From contig JBHGNT010000021.1 in NCBI GenBank assembly GCA_043228905.1, positions 10,478,001 to 10,542,000 of the forward strand: a stretch of DNA of 64,000 bases, written 5' to 3'. Positions 38,124 to 52,065 of this stretch are shown here, one piece after another. The notes under the pieces were generated by a model. It was not told the origin of the DNA and ran no database searches. It saw only the letters and a list, made by a program, of their open reading frames with translations. Numbering within the stretch: the first letter of the stretch is position 1; each line of letters opens with the position of its first letter. The DNA comes from Azolla caroliniana (Eukaryota > Plantae > Polypodiophyta). A program made the translations under genes and the position numbers.

Positions 38124-41100
38124 TTCGCCCCCACCAAACCTGCACATCCACCGGTTCTTTAGCCTTGCATTCTTTAGCCGCGCTTTAGCCACTTCTATAT
38201 CTTCTGAATTCCGCTCCAATTGACGAATCCTCAATGCTAGAAGATCTTCTCTACTTATCTCATCTTTCCATGGCAATGCAAACCATGAAATAATACTTTG
38301 TTCTACAGGCATTATCGGCTTTTGTCCAAATATGAGCTCTGCCGACATGTATCCCGTCACCGTGCTATGAGTAGTCCTGTCAGCCCATAGTGCAAATGGG
38401 AATAGACACGGCCATTCTCCTATTTTCCCATGGCAAGCTTTCACTAGAGCCTTCACAATCGGTCCATGTCCACGTTCCACTTTCCCATTTGCTTCCAGAT
38501 TATATGCCATGGTAAGAGATAATTTGATTCCCATCCTAGAGAAGAATTCTCTAGCTTCATTGGCGTCTACTTGCCTCTATCAGCCACTATCTTACCGACG
38601 CATCCATATATCCAAATAACATCTTCAAGAAGGAATCTGCATACCAATGATGTCTCCTTAGTTCTCAGTACTTGCCCTTCAACTAGATTGGTAAGATCCT
38701 CTCTCGCGAGCACAAGATACTTCATCTGCCATCACCCCATTGGCATCATCACGATGTCCACCATCCACTTGTAATGCATAGCCAACGGAACGGGTAAGTC
38801 GGATGAAGTTCATCTCGATGGCGAATATTTGAAAACATCTGACATTCCTTACATGTTTCCACATAAGCTGCTACATCTTTGTAAATGCTCAGCCACCAAA
38901 ATTTCTCCTTAAGCTTTGCAAACGTAGTCCATATTCCTCGATGGCCTGCAAAAACACTATCATGAAATTCAGACATTAGTTTTTGTCGATCTTCTAGCTT
39001 GCAGACAACTCTCATTGGAGTCCCATTCTTCTTTCTCGCATGCCTCCAAAGAGCTCCATCCTTAAGGAAATACTTGTATGCCTTCTTCCGAATTTGGTGG
39101 AAGTCTTCAGTCGACGATGATTAATCTTTTTGGAGAGAACTCAAGTATTTCCCGATCTCCACGAATTCGCCCTCGTAATCCTCTTCTATGAAAGTAGTCA
39201 GCACCCGAGCGTGGGAACTTGTAAAGAAACCCAAGCCAACATCCTCTTCATCAGAATGTCGATCTTCTTCTCTGTCGTATCTTGCTCATGATAGCATTTC
39301 TGCAACGACATTACGCTTCCCAACTACATGACGGATCTCCGGGTTGAGTGATTTGATATATGCAATCCAACGTAACATGGAAATATCTGGTGTATTACAA
39401 CCAGATATCATACCGAAAATTGGTAGGCAAGTTGTCTCAATTATGCCTTCTGCTCCAATAAGGTAATCACGATCAGATTTGATTGCCGAGATGATTCCCC
39501 ATAGCTCCCTCTTCACTTGAGTATACCTTCTTTGCCTGTCACTTAACACTTTTGCGCCAAACCGAATTGCATATCGGTTGTGATCTTCGTCTTCTTGGTT
39601 GATAACCCATCCGATTCCGATTGGACTAGTATCCATAGTCACGAAAATGGGCTTGCCGTCTGAATAGTCCGCCTTCCGTAATGCAGGTGCCTCCATCAAC
39701 AATTTCTTTAGCCTTCGGATGACGATTGTATGCTCACTTTTCCATTCAAACCTCTGCTTCTTCTTTAGTAGACCATATAATGGCTTAGCAATGTGGGCGT
39801 AGTGTGGAATCCAAATATGATAAAATGCGCATGCTCCAAGGAACCTTCGAACCTCTGTTGGGTTATGCATTCTTCTTTCATGTCTTGGATTGCATTCACC
39901 TTGGATGGCGAAGGCTTCCGATCGTATGCTCCACACAAGTGACCTACCACCAAGATCTCTGGTTGCCCGAATGCAGATTTTTCTCCCGAAAATGTCAAAT
40001 TCGCATCTTCAAGCCTTTGAAGCACCTTCTCGCAGTCTTTCATATGATCCACGAAGAACTTTTTGCATCCATCCTTAGCTTTTGATTCATCCTTCTCTTC
40101 ATCCGAACATCCTTTTATCGAGATATCATCCAAGAATGGCATCATGATATCCGGGATGCAATCCTTCAAGACCTTGTTCATGGCATTCACCATATGAGCC
40201 ACCGAGTTCGTTGCGCCTTGAGGTAAGGTACACATCCGCACCAACCCGATTGGAGTTCTCATGGTTGTAATGTCACGACTATCGATCGCCAATTGGAATA
40301 GATCGTAGCCAGAGTAGAGATCACCGATGGAATAGATGAACCGGCCTGCAAACGCCTCGGCAAATTCATCCACACTCGGACCGATTCCAACATTCCGAAT
40401 TGTCACCTTGTTGACGGGTTGAAGATCTTGAATGAATCGCAACGATCCATTCTTCTTCGTCACCGTGAACCACCTATTAGAATAAGGAGCGTTCCACGGT
40501 TCTAGAATTCCCATATTCACCTTCTCCTTTAAGAGCTCGATCAACTTTAGTAAGTGTGCTCTCGGAACCGGTATCAGTTTCAAATTCCAAGGCACATGTG
40601 GCACCATGAAGATCACCATTGGCTCTATCGTCCTTGGATTAGCACACCCGATTTCTTGTGGGAAAAACACGAAAGCCTTCCCATGTCTTTCAAGTATTCC
40701 ACGGAACATCCGCTCCTCTTCAGGGAGGAGGAAATCTTCCCTTCCAACTCGTAGCTTCCCTTTCGTCTCATCAGTGAAGACGTGACCAATTGTATTTGGA
40801 TTCCTTAAGCTTGGATCTTTTGCAACTTCCTTCATCTTTTGCCAGCTAGATCTTCCGGTAGCGGAACTGCAACTGGCTTGATCTTCCTATCCACGGATTT
40901 ATATTTTGTGTTGACTTCAACTTCCTCCATCAAGATGCCTCGATGATATTCATCGATGATAGTGTACATGTTGACAAAGTTAACCGAAATCACATGTTGA
41001 TGGTGAGGATAGCTCAAGTCCACGAATTCCTTGATTTCTCTGATGGTGTCGTTAAATGAGGCTTCCTCCAGAATATGAGACATGAATTCTTCTTCTTTGA

Positions 41101-43473
41101 TTATGCTTTCTTCTTTTAGCACCTCCTCAAAGTCTTGTATCTGACACTTTTCCTTCTTGTTGAGTAGTCTTAGTTTGCATGCGCCGCTAGGTGTGACGCA
41201 TGTTGCTTCTCCTTGCAATACACGCACTCTGCTTCCTTGTGGGGACTTATGATTGCTCGGACTATTTGTGCCCCATGCTTCAATAGTCCGTTTTAAAAAT
41301 CCGAGGATTCGCCTCCAAGGCTATCTTAGTTTCTTTCGTGATTAGCTCGCACCGTTAGGAATTGAATAGATCTTTTACTATTAAGACTCTTGACGCGCGC
41401 GAAGGTTGCTCTGTTATCAAACACCTTAGTCTCCATTTGGGATGATGTTATATACGGTTGTCCTAGGATGACAGGATGCGAAGCCGAGTCTTGCACGAAG
41501 AAGTGTTGATCAATCTCAACATCCCTAATCGTGACTTTAACATTGGGGCAAGATCCATACAAGTCCTCCGTGACCTTCGTTGCCGCTCGAATCTTCCATC
41601 CGTGGTTTGTATTAATCGGTCATCTTCCTTTCTTGTAGAACTCGGTCGACATGAGGTTGATCTCCGAGCCATGGTCAATCAAGGCTACCACGGTCTCTTT
41701 CTTCTCCCCGATCTTCACCTGCGTCTTCATTGTCACGCTTGCCCAATGAGGTCGAGAGTAATGACTATCCGCCACCACTTCTTCTTCTTCCTCCTCTTTC
41801 GATCTTGCCATGGTTATGGCACTTGTTTTTACCTCCTCTTCATCAAATTGTTGCCGCTTCCTTTTTATAAGGTCCACGATAGTATCATGGAACTCCTTCT
41901 TTGCGATCCCAAGCAATTCTCTCAAAGTAAGGTCGACATGATTGTCTAAAACCTTCTCCTCAAGGACCTTCCGCAAGTTAGTTGTTTGTTCTATGTCCGT
42001 CCTTAGCTTGTAAGTCAGTGCCGATCGTTCTTTTCTTTTCCTCGTTGATTCTTCGACTTCTATCCGAGTTGGTTGGCTCGGTCCACCGGGCTTCATGCTT
42101 GTTTCTCCAACCTCTCTTCGTGGCGTAGGTAGGACTTGCCCTTCTTTCCCTTTGTTCCTCGTGTTGAGACGCTTTGATGTGCCATCTTCTTCACCGGTTC
42201 TTTTCCTTTTTGCTTCAACAAGAGCTTCATAGTTGTCGCACACTACCTCCGGTCAACAAGTTTTAGATCCTCCGAATTGATTTTGCCGTTTTCTTCGCAC
42301 TCGAAGACCGTCGGCCAAAACCCAGCTCCTGGCTTGATCATTTTAAGATTCTCCTTTCCAACTCGTATCCCGGCCGAAGCAACATAGTGCATAGCTTCCA
42401 CATGCCCTGCATCTTCCTCTTCTACAATCTTTTTCAGCCCACCTCTTCCGAAGTTCACTCGTAGTGGCTTCCAGGTCTCGCTCGAGTGAATCATGTTGCC
42501 GTCCAAGTAGACGACATTCTTGCGGATTGCATCTTGCAAGTCAGCGCATTCCCTTCGTGAGTGCTCGAAGCTGTCACACCACACACATCTATATGCTTCT
42601 TTTCCCTTCGGCCCGCACCGACCTAAGTTGGCCAGTGGTACTGCTTCAAACTTCTTGGAGAGCTCTTCGATTATAGAGTCCTCCATCACTTTCTTGTCGA
42701 AATTGTTGATCGGCTTGTTAGGCTCGACCGTCGCAGGTGCTTTCCTCCTCCATGTTTGTAGATTCTCCATATCAGTTTCCTCTTGCCATTGTCGACGCTT
42801 ATCAAGACGGCTACAAGCCTTCTTCATCGTCGTCCAGTCCACTACCAAGCCATTTGGTTGCGTTTCGTCCTCTAAAAAACCGCCCAATTCTCGCTGGTCT
42901 TTTGTATCCACCGCCTTTAGGAATAGCAAGACTTTATCTCCATCGAGAACTCGTTGATCAACACTCGGAAGTTGGTTGTACTTCTGGTCGAATTCCGCAT
43001 ATACTCTCGATGCACACAGATTCTTTCCTTTCTTCTCGATCCAAGACATTAGCGTATGTCGAGTCATCCGTGATGCGTCTTCGAGCAAGTATTCAGCGAG
43101 AAGCGCCTTTTCGAACTCCGCCCAAGTTGCATGCTCGTTTTGGATCTCCATGATGCACTCGCGGATCCCTAGTTTCACCACACGTTTGAAGCTAGAAATT
43201 TGTTTGAGATCATTGACATCCCTTTGTTGCATCTCATTCCGATAGGTAGCAAGAAAATCTGTGATGTTCTTGCCACCAAATCGTCTAGCTATCTCAACCG
43301 TACGATCAACAACTTTATCGATTAAAGCTTCCCGATCTCCCACCTTCAGCATGTATTCCACTATGGACACCATGCCTTTCGTTAATTCCTCTCCTTGAGT
43401 TCTGCTTGTGGAAGCCATCGTTGCACTTGATATCCTCCCTACCGCCTCTTTCACGTTGGGGGTTCACCAAAGA

Positions 43474-44915
43474 TGTCGTGAAAATACAACGAGGATACAT
43501 GAACTTGAGGCAGGACCCCGGGGCCTCCGACCAGAGGATATCAGATTCGTATGTTTATATTAAACAATTAATGGAAATAAGAAAGATTGACAATTTTCAT
43601 TACCAAGGAAAAGAAAGATTACAATCAATCCCAAGATTGGGATTACAAAAAGTTGAGCTAATGGAGATTGCTAGAGTAATAAATTAGAAGAAACTAAATA
43701 TGGATTCCACAGAAATTTAGGGTTTTTGGCTTGACAAGAGATTTTAGATTTTGAGAGATATGGATTCCGTAGGGAAAAGTAGGGTCTATGAGAGATATGG
43801 CCCGATAAGATAAGAGAGCTAAGAAGGAAAAGAAAAGAAAATTTTGAGAGATAATGGAATAATCTGCCATTCTCCGTTGATCCTCCTCCCCATGTTACTT
43901 TGCCTCCCCACTTTTAGTTGCATTTATTTTTAGTTGCATGCCTTTTTCTTTTAGTTGCATCTATTTTTAGTTGCATTTATTTTTAGTTGCATGCCTTTTT
44001 CTTTTAGTTGCATCTATTTTTAGTTGCATGCTTTTTTCTTTTAGTTGCATGCGACCGTCCACATGACCTTTACTTTAGTTTTCTTTACTTTACTTTAATT
44101 AGCCACATGATCCTATCATATGTCCGTCTCAATCGCTGCCCATCCAATCCGTCTGGTCGACGTCCAGCCTCGTCCGGTTGCCGGTTGTCGGATCTGCCCG
44201 GTTTTCGACACCATCCAATTGCCGATTTCGCCGGCTCCGATTTGAGTACCGGCCGGTTTCAGTTTGCTTACCGACCGGTTCTGGATTGCTTACCGGCCGG
44301 TTCCGGTTTGCTTTTCGGCCGTTTCTGGTTTGCTTACCGGCCGGTTCCTGTTTGCTTTCCGGCTAGTTCGAGTTTGCTTACCGGTGGGTTCTGGATTGCT
44401 TATCGGCCGGTTTCGGATTGCTTTCCAGCCAGTTCCGGTTTGCTTTCCGACCAAATCTGATTTGCTTACCGGCCGGTTCCGGATTGCTTTCCGACCGGTT
44501 CTGATTTGCTTTCCGGCCGGTTCCGGTTTGCTTACCGACTGGTTCCAAATTGCTTACCAACGGGTTCCGGTTTGCTTTCCGGCCAGTTCTGGTTTTTGGG
44601 AACTTAGCCACATTAATCCATCTAGACAAAGTGGCCAAAGTGCTCTTATCACAAATGAAAAGTGAGGGATCTCAATGTGCTTATATAGCCGGGGCCTTAA
44701 GTTTCCTATCTATGTGGGATAATTCAAAATTCTATTTTCTCTATCTTCTCAAGCTTCATGTCCAACTAACTTGATATGTAGTTGTCTATTTTGTATGTAG
44801 TAAAATGCGTTTTGAAACTCTTGAGTACATCCATATTTCTTTAACAAGCTACTAATCTAATCTAAAATAATTATTTCATTATTCTTTTACATAGTATGTG
44901 AAGATTCATATGACA
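43474..44915 (-). repeat. 5' LTR of G2
   Basis: 1442 bp, with longer internal repeat arrays than the 3' LTR. Confidence 0.9.
44250..44592. repeat. 22-bp tandem array in the G2 LTR (shorter array at ~37612-37800)
   Basis: Unit CCGGTTCCGGTTTGCTTACCGG; roughly 15 versus 8 copies. Confidence 0.88.
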
Positions 44916-46396
44916 ACGTCTTGGTCCTACAAGATGCACCAGTACCTGCTCGGGCATGGTAATTGGAGCTATGTCGACAGAGCAAATGACACAGCACTCG
45001 ATTCGACACACAAAGACTTCCCGGTTTGGGAACAATCAGTGAGCAGAGTACTGTACTCCTCCTTGTCTTGTGTGGGTGAATAACTCCTAAGCTACATTCG
45101 GGATGCAAAAACGCCGAAAGACGCTTGGGAAATCTGAAGAAGATTTTTGCCGCAAGCACTACAGCCAGGAAGCTTCAACTCCGACAGGAGCTGAGCAACC
45201 TATGACAACGCGACTTGTCGGTGGCTGATTACACCTCGAAGATAAAAGAGATATGCAACTCCTTAGCCTCTATCGATGTGAATGTGGAGGAAGGCAAGAT
45301 GGTGCAAATCTGTCTCGGGGGACTGGCGTTGAAGTTCGGAGCATTCCGAACTGCGATGTGTACACGGGAGAATACGCCGTCGTTTTTTGACTTACAATCG
45401 ATGCTCTTTGTAGAGGAGAACCACGCGGGTACGTCAACAAGCACGCATGCCGACAACAAGATGTTGTACACGAAGGGAGATAGGCCCTGTGGTCGTGGCG
45501 AAAGAGGCGAGTCGGTGCTCAATGGAGGCGGCTGACGGGATCAAGGAAGAAGGCACCGAAGTGATGTCGACAGCAATTCCGAACCCTTCGGAAACAGGGG
45601 GAGTCGAGGTGACGAGAACCAACAAGGGAAATCTTTCGCGGAATGCTAGTATTGTGGCAAAAAATGCCACAAGGAGAGGGAGTGCTGGAAGAAGGATGCC
45701 GATTTGGAGAGGACCGGACCCGGATCAGGTTTCGGACAGACCGACAAAGGAAATCGGCAGCGATCGCACTACGCCGAAGGATCCGGAAAAGCCAGAAAAG
45801 GGTCAGCCTTCATGACAAGACACAAAGCGAACTTGATGAAGATGTCCACCCCGAAATCGGATGAGGTGTGGTACGTCAATTGCGGCGCGTCAAACCACAT
45901 GATGTGCCACAAAGAGTGGTTCTCATACCTTGAGAAACCGATGCAACCGGGAGTAGTTGCAACCGGAGACGACACTCCGCATCCGATCGCGAATGTCGGT
46001 TAAGTTCCCCTAAGCCATGTTGGGCAAAAAGGGAAACTCATGAACGTGTTACACATCTCAACAATCACGAAGAATCTAGTGTCGGTCGGGCAGATCATCG
46101 ACCACGGGATGCAAGTTCGGTTCACGCATCTTGGGTGCTTCATCGAAGAAGAAGGCTGAGTTATTGCAGAAGGACGCAGAGACGGAAGGATGTTTATCCT
46201 CGACTCTAGTGACGGTCGCACCACTATGTTCGCGAAATGACAAAAAGTCGAGTCGAATATCGACTTATGGCACAAGCAAATAGGCCACGTCAACTATCAA
46301 CGGCTTCAGGACCTACAATCGAAACAAGTGGTGTTCGGATTGCCCAAATTTAGTGGCCGGAAGGCACGAATTTGTGAAGCCTGCCAGCTAGGGAAG
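44916..46396 (+). mobile_element. Copia fragment M (family A: gag, Zn knuckle, PR, GAG-pre-integrase)
   Basis: Collinear with 4275-4315, 8028-8652 and 15668-16268; ends at CEACQLGK. Confidence 0.9.
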
Positions 46397-47309
46397 TGTT
46401 GGGTGACAGGTCCCTCCGGATGGGAAGGGAGAAGAACAGTGCCGATGAACAAACTCGACCGAGGCCTAAATCGGATGAGGAGTACCCGGCTACGAAAAGC
46501 CGGATGGTGCAGACCCGGTATGAACCGGATGAGGAGTACCCGGCTACGGAGAGCCGGATGGTGCAGACCCGGTATGAATCGGATGAGGAGTACTCGGCTA
46601 CGGAGAGCCGGATGGTGCAGACCCGGTATGAACCGGATGAGGAGTACCCGGCTACGGAGAGCCGGATGGTGCAAACCCGGTATGAACCGGATGAGTACAC
46701 GGCTACGGAGAGCCGGATGGTGCAGACCCGGTATGAACCAGATGAGGAGTACCCGACTACGGAGAGCCGGATGGTGCAGACCCGGTATGAACCGGATGAG
46801 GAATACCCGGCTACGGAGAGCCGGATGGTGCAGACCCGATATGAACCGGATGAAGAGACATATTCGTAAATATGTTTCTGAGAGTCCATCGAGGCTATAC
46901 TTGTAAATAGCCGAAAAGTCATATTAGTATAAATATGACTTAGGGCAAACTTTTAGACAGAGTTGTTGTTGTCATTTTCTTGTTGGTGCAAGAAGAAGAG
47001 AGAGCACGTAACAGTGTATAGAGAGAGAGAGAGAAAGAGGTCGCTGACTCTGTTGTAACCGCCGCCTGTGGCGAAGATCGTGTGCACGAGGTCGTTGCCT
47101 TCGTGAACTCACTGTTTTGTACATTCCAACTTAGTGATAGTTTGCAGCCTGTGGGCTGCCGTGGTTTTTCCCTCTTTCGGTTTTCCACGTAAACATTCTG
47201 TGTACCCTTTTTCTCTCCTTTGTGTCGCGTGTTTTTGTTTCCTATTTCCTGTGTATGAAAAGAATCTCAGTTGCGGCCGAGCGTTGTGCATAAGGAGCAT
47301 TGAGTTCCC
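46397..47309 (+). repeat. D-related LTR, 3'-truncated by B2
   Basis: TGTTGGG..GTCCCTCC start; TGTAAATAGCC, TAGGGCAAACTTTTAG and TTTCCACGTAAA shared with family-D LTRs. Confidence 0.75.
46470..46856. repeat. 54-bp tandem array (7 copies plus a partial) inside the LTR
   Basis: Unit CCGGATGAGGAGTACCCGGCTACGGAGAGCCGGATGGTGCAGACCCGGTATGAA; one copy lacks 3 bp. Confidence 0.95.
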
Positions 47310-50300
47310 TGTTGGCCGGACAGAAGAGCAAGGACAAGTGGGAAGGCGGAGTCGGATCGGATAATAGGAAGTAAATAATAGTAGAATTATTATTCGGAGG
47401 GACGGATCCGGTACAGTTGTACCGATCCGGATCCGAACCGATTCGGATGTCGGTTGCCTAAGCGCACCGATTGTAACCTTGCCGGATGCCTATAAAAGGA
47501 TCCGATGATTTGTAAAAGGCTTTGACGGAAGTAATACAAAAGTAATTATTGCGTGTTTATCTGTATCTTCGTATTGTTTACCGTCTGTGCTTAAATGTAA
47601 TCATCTTACGCGTGTAACCTAGCATCCAATCCTTACCACCCCTTTGGAGAAGTGTCGGATAGACACCTGTGTTGAGGCTAGTCTGGCCAGGCAGACAACA
47701 CTATTTTGGCGACCACGATTCCTGCAAAGTGCAGAGGACAACCGGGGGATGGATGTCTAGACCAAACGACGACCACATCACCGAACGAGGGAGACGATAC
47801 ACCGAACGCGAGCAACGACGGGAAGCCCTGCAGCAAGCCGTCGACGAGATCCGGCGGGATCGGTCATTCTCCAAAACTCTTCGGAGAGTCGCAGAAGAAG
47901 CACTGCAGTTCCGGGTTCTGCAAATCCCCGACGAAGGCAGTAGCATAACAAGCCTCTAGGAGGCGGAAACGATACTACAGACGCTCGCCGGGGGCGACGG
48001 GGACTCGGAAGCATTCGCAACACTTGAGGCGGAGTCGGAAAGCGACGGAAGCGTTGCGTCCCGGTATAAAAGCAGCCACGACACACCAAACGACCCGAGG
48101 GAAGAGGGGTCGGAAGACTCAGTAACACCGGAGCCAGAGGAAGAAATAACCTTGGAGTTCGGTGACCGGCAATCGTCGAGGGAGGCTGACCGGATACCGA
48201 CAACACCCGCGAAGGAACCGAAGGAGCGGATACCGACAACACCCGCGAAGGAACCGAAGGAGCGGATACCGACAACACCCGCGGAGGAACCAAAGGACCG
48301 GACACCGGCGACACCCACGGAGGAACTGAAGGAGCGGATACCGGCACCAACCGCGGAGGAACCAAAGGTTCTCACACCGACGCCAACAACGGATAGAGAG
48401 CAGAGTAAGCAGGAGAGTTAGTTGGACGACACGATGCCGTACCCATACCCAAAGTACCGGGATGAGCTCGACACGGACGCACACGTGTACGCATTCCTCC
48501 AAACATGGGAAGCCAACCATGTCTCCCAAAGACTGACGGAGCCCGAAGCCGAACGATCCAAAGTCGCCGAATTCGGCATGACCTTAGAAGGACCGGCGGC
48601 CCGATGGCACGCAAAGCACTTACCGGGCAACTTTGCCACATTATGCCTTGAAGGCTAGATTCCTCAGGTTTTTTCACAGACAAGTTGAGCAAAGGGAATT
48701 GGTCGGGCAGTTCTACACCACCCGGCAGGAAGAGACCGAGACTGTGCCATAATTCATCATTCGGTTTCAGACCTTGCACAGCCAACTGACGAGAGCACCA
48801 CCCGAAGACGAAGCCAAAGCCGTCTTTTTGGCCGCGCTGAAGAGCCACTTCGAACAATGTGCGGAGTCCTTGATTTCCACACCAGCACAATGGACCAAGT
48901 TATTGATCGGGTTTTAGAAATGGACAAGACTAGCCCCCTCTTGTCGATGGGGGTTCCGGCAGGCCTTACAATGCACAACATGCCTAAATTCGGGCCACTC
49001 AACAGTAGACTGCACCCTGCGGACACAATGTATGATCTGCAACTCTCGAGCCCATACAACGGACCGATGCGAATATAACCTGTTAAATCGGCAGGCAACA
49101 TCGGTTCGACACATAGAACCGTGCAATCAGAACCCGGACGAGGATCGATTCCGGAGAGACGACCGCTACCAACGCGAACGCGATAATAGATACGCTGATA
49201 GAAGACGTGATAACTATGACCGAGAGGAGAAACGCAGAGATAGCTACCCCCGGGACCGGTACGACCGAGACGAATCCTCGGAATACGAACGACGCAGAGA
49301 AGAGAGGCGACAAGGGAACCGAAATTTCCGACGGAATCAGAAGCGTGGATTTTTCCGAAGAGAGGAACGTCGGGAGGCAGCGAGGAATGACAACCCGGCA
49401 TCGGTACCGGATAACCGAAAAACCGAAGACGACCGCCGAAGCATACCCACCCTCCAAACCGGGGACAAAGGAGAAACGAGCAACAGTCACAAGGTGTACT
49501 ATTATTACTGCGGTAAGGAAGGCCACTATAGTAACCAATGCCCAAGCAAAACCAATGACAAGCAACCAGAAGTCAACATGGTTACAACCGAAATAACAGA
49601 AGTACAGCAGGTCACAACCCGGTCAAAGGGAAAGACCGCCGAGTGGGAAGCCCAGGAGGCAATCAGAAAACAAGCGGCGCAATGGATCAAGGAGGCCAAT
49701 GAACAGAATGCGGCAGAAGTAAGAGACCAAAATATGCCAAAAGACGAAGAAATCATACAGGACTGTCAAATCGTGCTGCCATTAGCACGACTACTACAGT
49801 TGGTGCCACGGTTTACGGCAGACTTACAGGCATCCGTGAGCAAACCGAAGCTGACACCAGCACCGGCATTCTTCTCCAACCCGGAGGAAGGACCAGCGGT
49901 GGTCGATACAAGTAGCCCGGCGATCACCGAAATCGTGAAAAGAAAGGAAATTGCTGGAACGATTATTAACGGAGGCTCCGGGGTAAATGTCATCAACCGA
50001 CAGACATGCGATAACCTGGGCATCCGGGAATGGGAACCATGCCCCTTTTGGTTACGCATGGCGGATACCAGCTCAGTCCGACCGACCGGGCTTATCCGGG
50101 ATTTGGAAGTAACGATCGGAGGCCACGTATTCCGGATATCGGCCGTGGTGCTGCAGCTGAATGTACAAGGCGCGTACCCCCTACTGCTAGGACGACCATG
50201 GCTGCGAACGGCGCATATCAAGCAGAACTAGCAAAAGAACATGATCACATTCCGGCGAGGGAAAACAAAGGTACGAGTAACGACGCAACCACAGGTGATC

Positions 50301-51918
50301 GCCAGTAAGGAAGCAACTCCATTGTATGCGGAAAGCATCAACATGTTGGAGGGATTACCGGACGAGGAAGTTGAGCGGTACCTCGAGGAACACCCACGAA
50401 TCGTCCCACTATTTGAGGTGGATATCACGGCGGCAGTAGAACTGTACATTACAACGCCGGATGAACCGGACCAAGCGGCGATCCGGGAACTGCGACAAGC
50501 GCAGGAATCCCTAGAGAGGGAAATGACGATATCCCAGAGGGTAAAAGCATCCCAACTAGAGGAGGTGGACCTCGGCACAACAGACAAGCCCCGACCGGTA
50601 AATGTCGCAAAGGAATTGTTGAAGGAAGAAAAGAAGGCAATGGTAGCATTATTAACAGACTTCAAGGATGTGTTCGCGTGGTCGTACGAAGACATGCGAG
50701 GGCTGGACCCCCAGCTCTATCAACACCAAATTCACCTAAGTACGGACGCGAAACCGATCGCTCAACGCAGGTACCGGATGAATCCGAATTATGCGGCGAA
50801 GGTGAAGGAGGAAATTGATAAGCTCCTCTGGGTCGGATTTATCCGACCGGTCAAGCAGGCAACCTGGCTGAGTCCGATAGTGGTGGTCCCGAAAAAGAAC
50901 GGCAAAATCCGGGTATGCGTGGACTATTGCAAACTAAATGCCGCAACAGTGACCGATGCGTTTCCACTACCATTTACGGACGGGGTGTTAGATGCGGTAG
51001 CCGGCCACGAAGTTTACAGCTTCCTGGATGGATTTAGTGGCTACAACCAAATACGAATGAACCCGACCGACCAGGAGAAGACAACGTTCGTTACGGAATG
51101 GGGCGTGTTCGTCGCGGTCGTGATGATGTTCGGACTAAAGACGGCTCCAACGACCTTTCAAAGGATAATAATGGAAATTTTTGGGGAATATATCCCCGGT
51201 TTTATGCAGGTCTTCCTTGATGATTTCGCGGTCTACAACCGGCACGGAGAGCATCTCGATCACCTTCGGTTGTGCTTGGAGAAGTGCCGCGAGTACCGAT
51301 TGAGCCTGAACCCGGCCAAGTGCGTCTTTGGAGTGGCAAGCGGCAACTTACTAGGGCACGTGGTGAGTAAGGAAGGAATTGCGGTAGATCCGGATAAAGT
51401 CAAGGCGATTCTCGAGGCACCAGCACCAAGTAACGCAAAGGCTTTAAGCCGGTTCCTGGGCCAAATAAGGTGGCATAGCCGGATGATACGGCACCTCGCA
51501 GACTTCGCTACACCATTACATACCGCTGTACACAGGGTACCCTTCCTATGGGCGGAGACGGAGGAGGAAGCCTACCAAGCGTTGAAGGTTATGCTGTCGC
51601 AAGCTCCGGTGGTGCAACCGCCGGATTGGAGTAAAAGCTTTCACGTCTTCGTCGACGCGTCGGACGTAGCAATCGGCAGCGGTCTGATGCAATTGACGGA
51701 GCCGAAATGGTACCGACCGGTGTACTACGCACGCCGGAAACTCTCAAAAGCAGAACGGAATTACTCTACGACGGAACGCGAGGCATTGGGAATGGTGTAT
51801 AGTGTCACAAAGTACAGGCACTATCTGCTCGGAAGGAAGTTTTCCTTCCATGTCGACCATTCGGCACTACTCTACCTGGTCTCGAAGGCATCCCTGACGG
51901 GAAAAATTGCACGATGGA
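47310..51918 (+). mobile_element. Ty3/gypsy element B2, 3'-truncated (LTR 47310-47700, PBS 47707-47717, gag-PR-RT-RH)
   Basis: PBS TGGCGACCACG; gag core; CGKEGHYSNQC; IINGGSGVNV; RVCVDY, FLDGFSGYNQI, FLDD; VDASD, NYSTTEREAL; homologous to F. Confidence 0.9.
48190..48370 (+). repeat. 36-bp coding tandem repeat in B2 gag
   Basis: RIPTTPAKEPKE-like unit, five copies. Confidence 0.88.
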
Positions 51919-52065
51919 CATCCGGTGTGCATGACCTCACACCACATGAAAAGTTTTTCGAAAAGAAGCCGGATCTATCACACGTCCGGATATTCGGCTC
52001 CATTGTGTATGTGCACATCCCCGACGAAAAGCAACAAAAGCTCGACCCGAAGTCAGAGAAATGTA

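Larger units (their letters stand above)
37001..44915 (-). mobile_element. Ty3/gypsy element G2 (Phygy-like), probably chimeric
   Basis: LTRs 37001-38123 and 43474-44915; degenerate Trp PBS 43469-43450; gag 42243-43454; PR LIDHGSEIN; RT PFLDD; RH; 3'-truncated INT; homologous to G1; flanks do not belong together. Confidence 0.9.

Noticed and set aside
44250-44592. CRISPR-like 22-bp repeats
   Set aside because: No spacers; degenerate tandem array present in both LTRs.
46470-46856. CRISPR-like or repeat-protein gene
   Set aside because: Head-to-tail units with no unique spacers, inside an LTR; the ORFs are a by-product of a stop-free unit.
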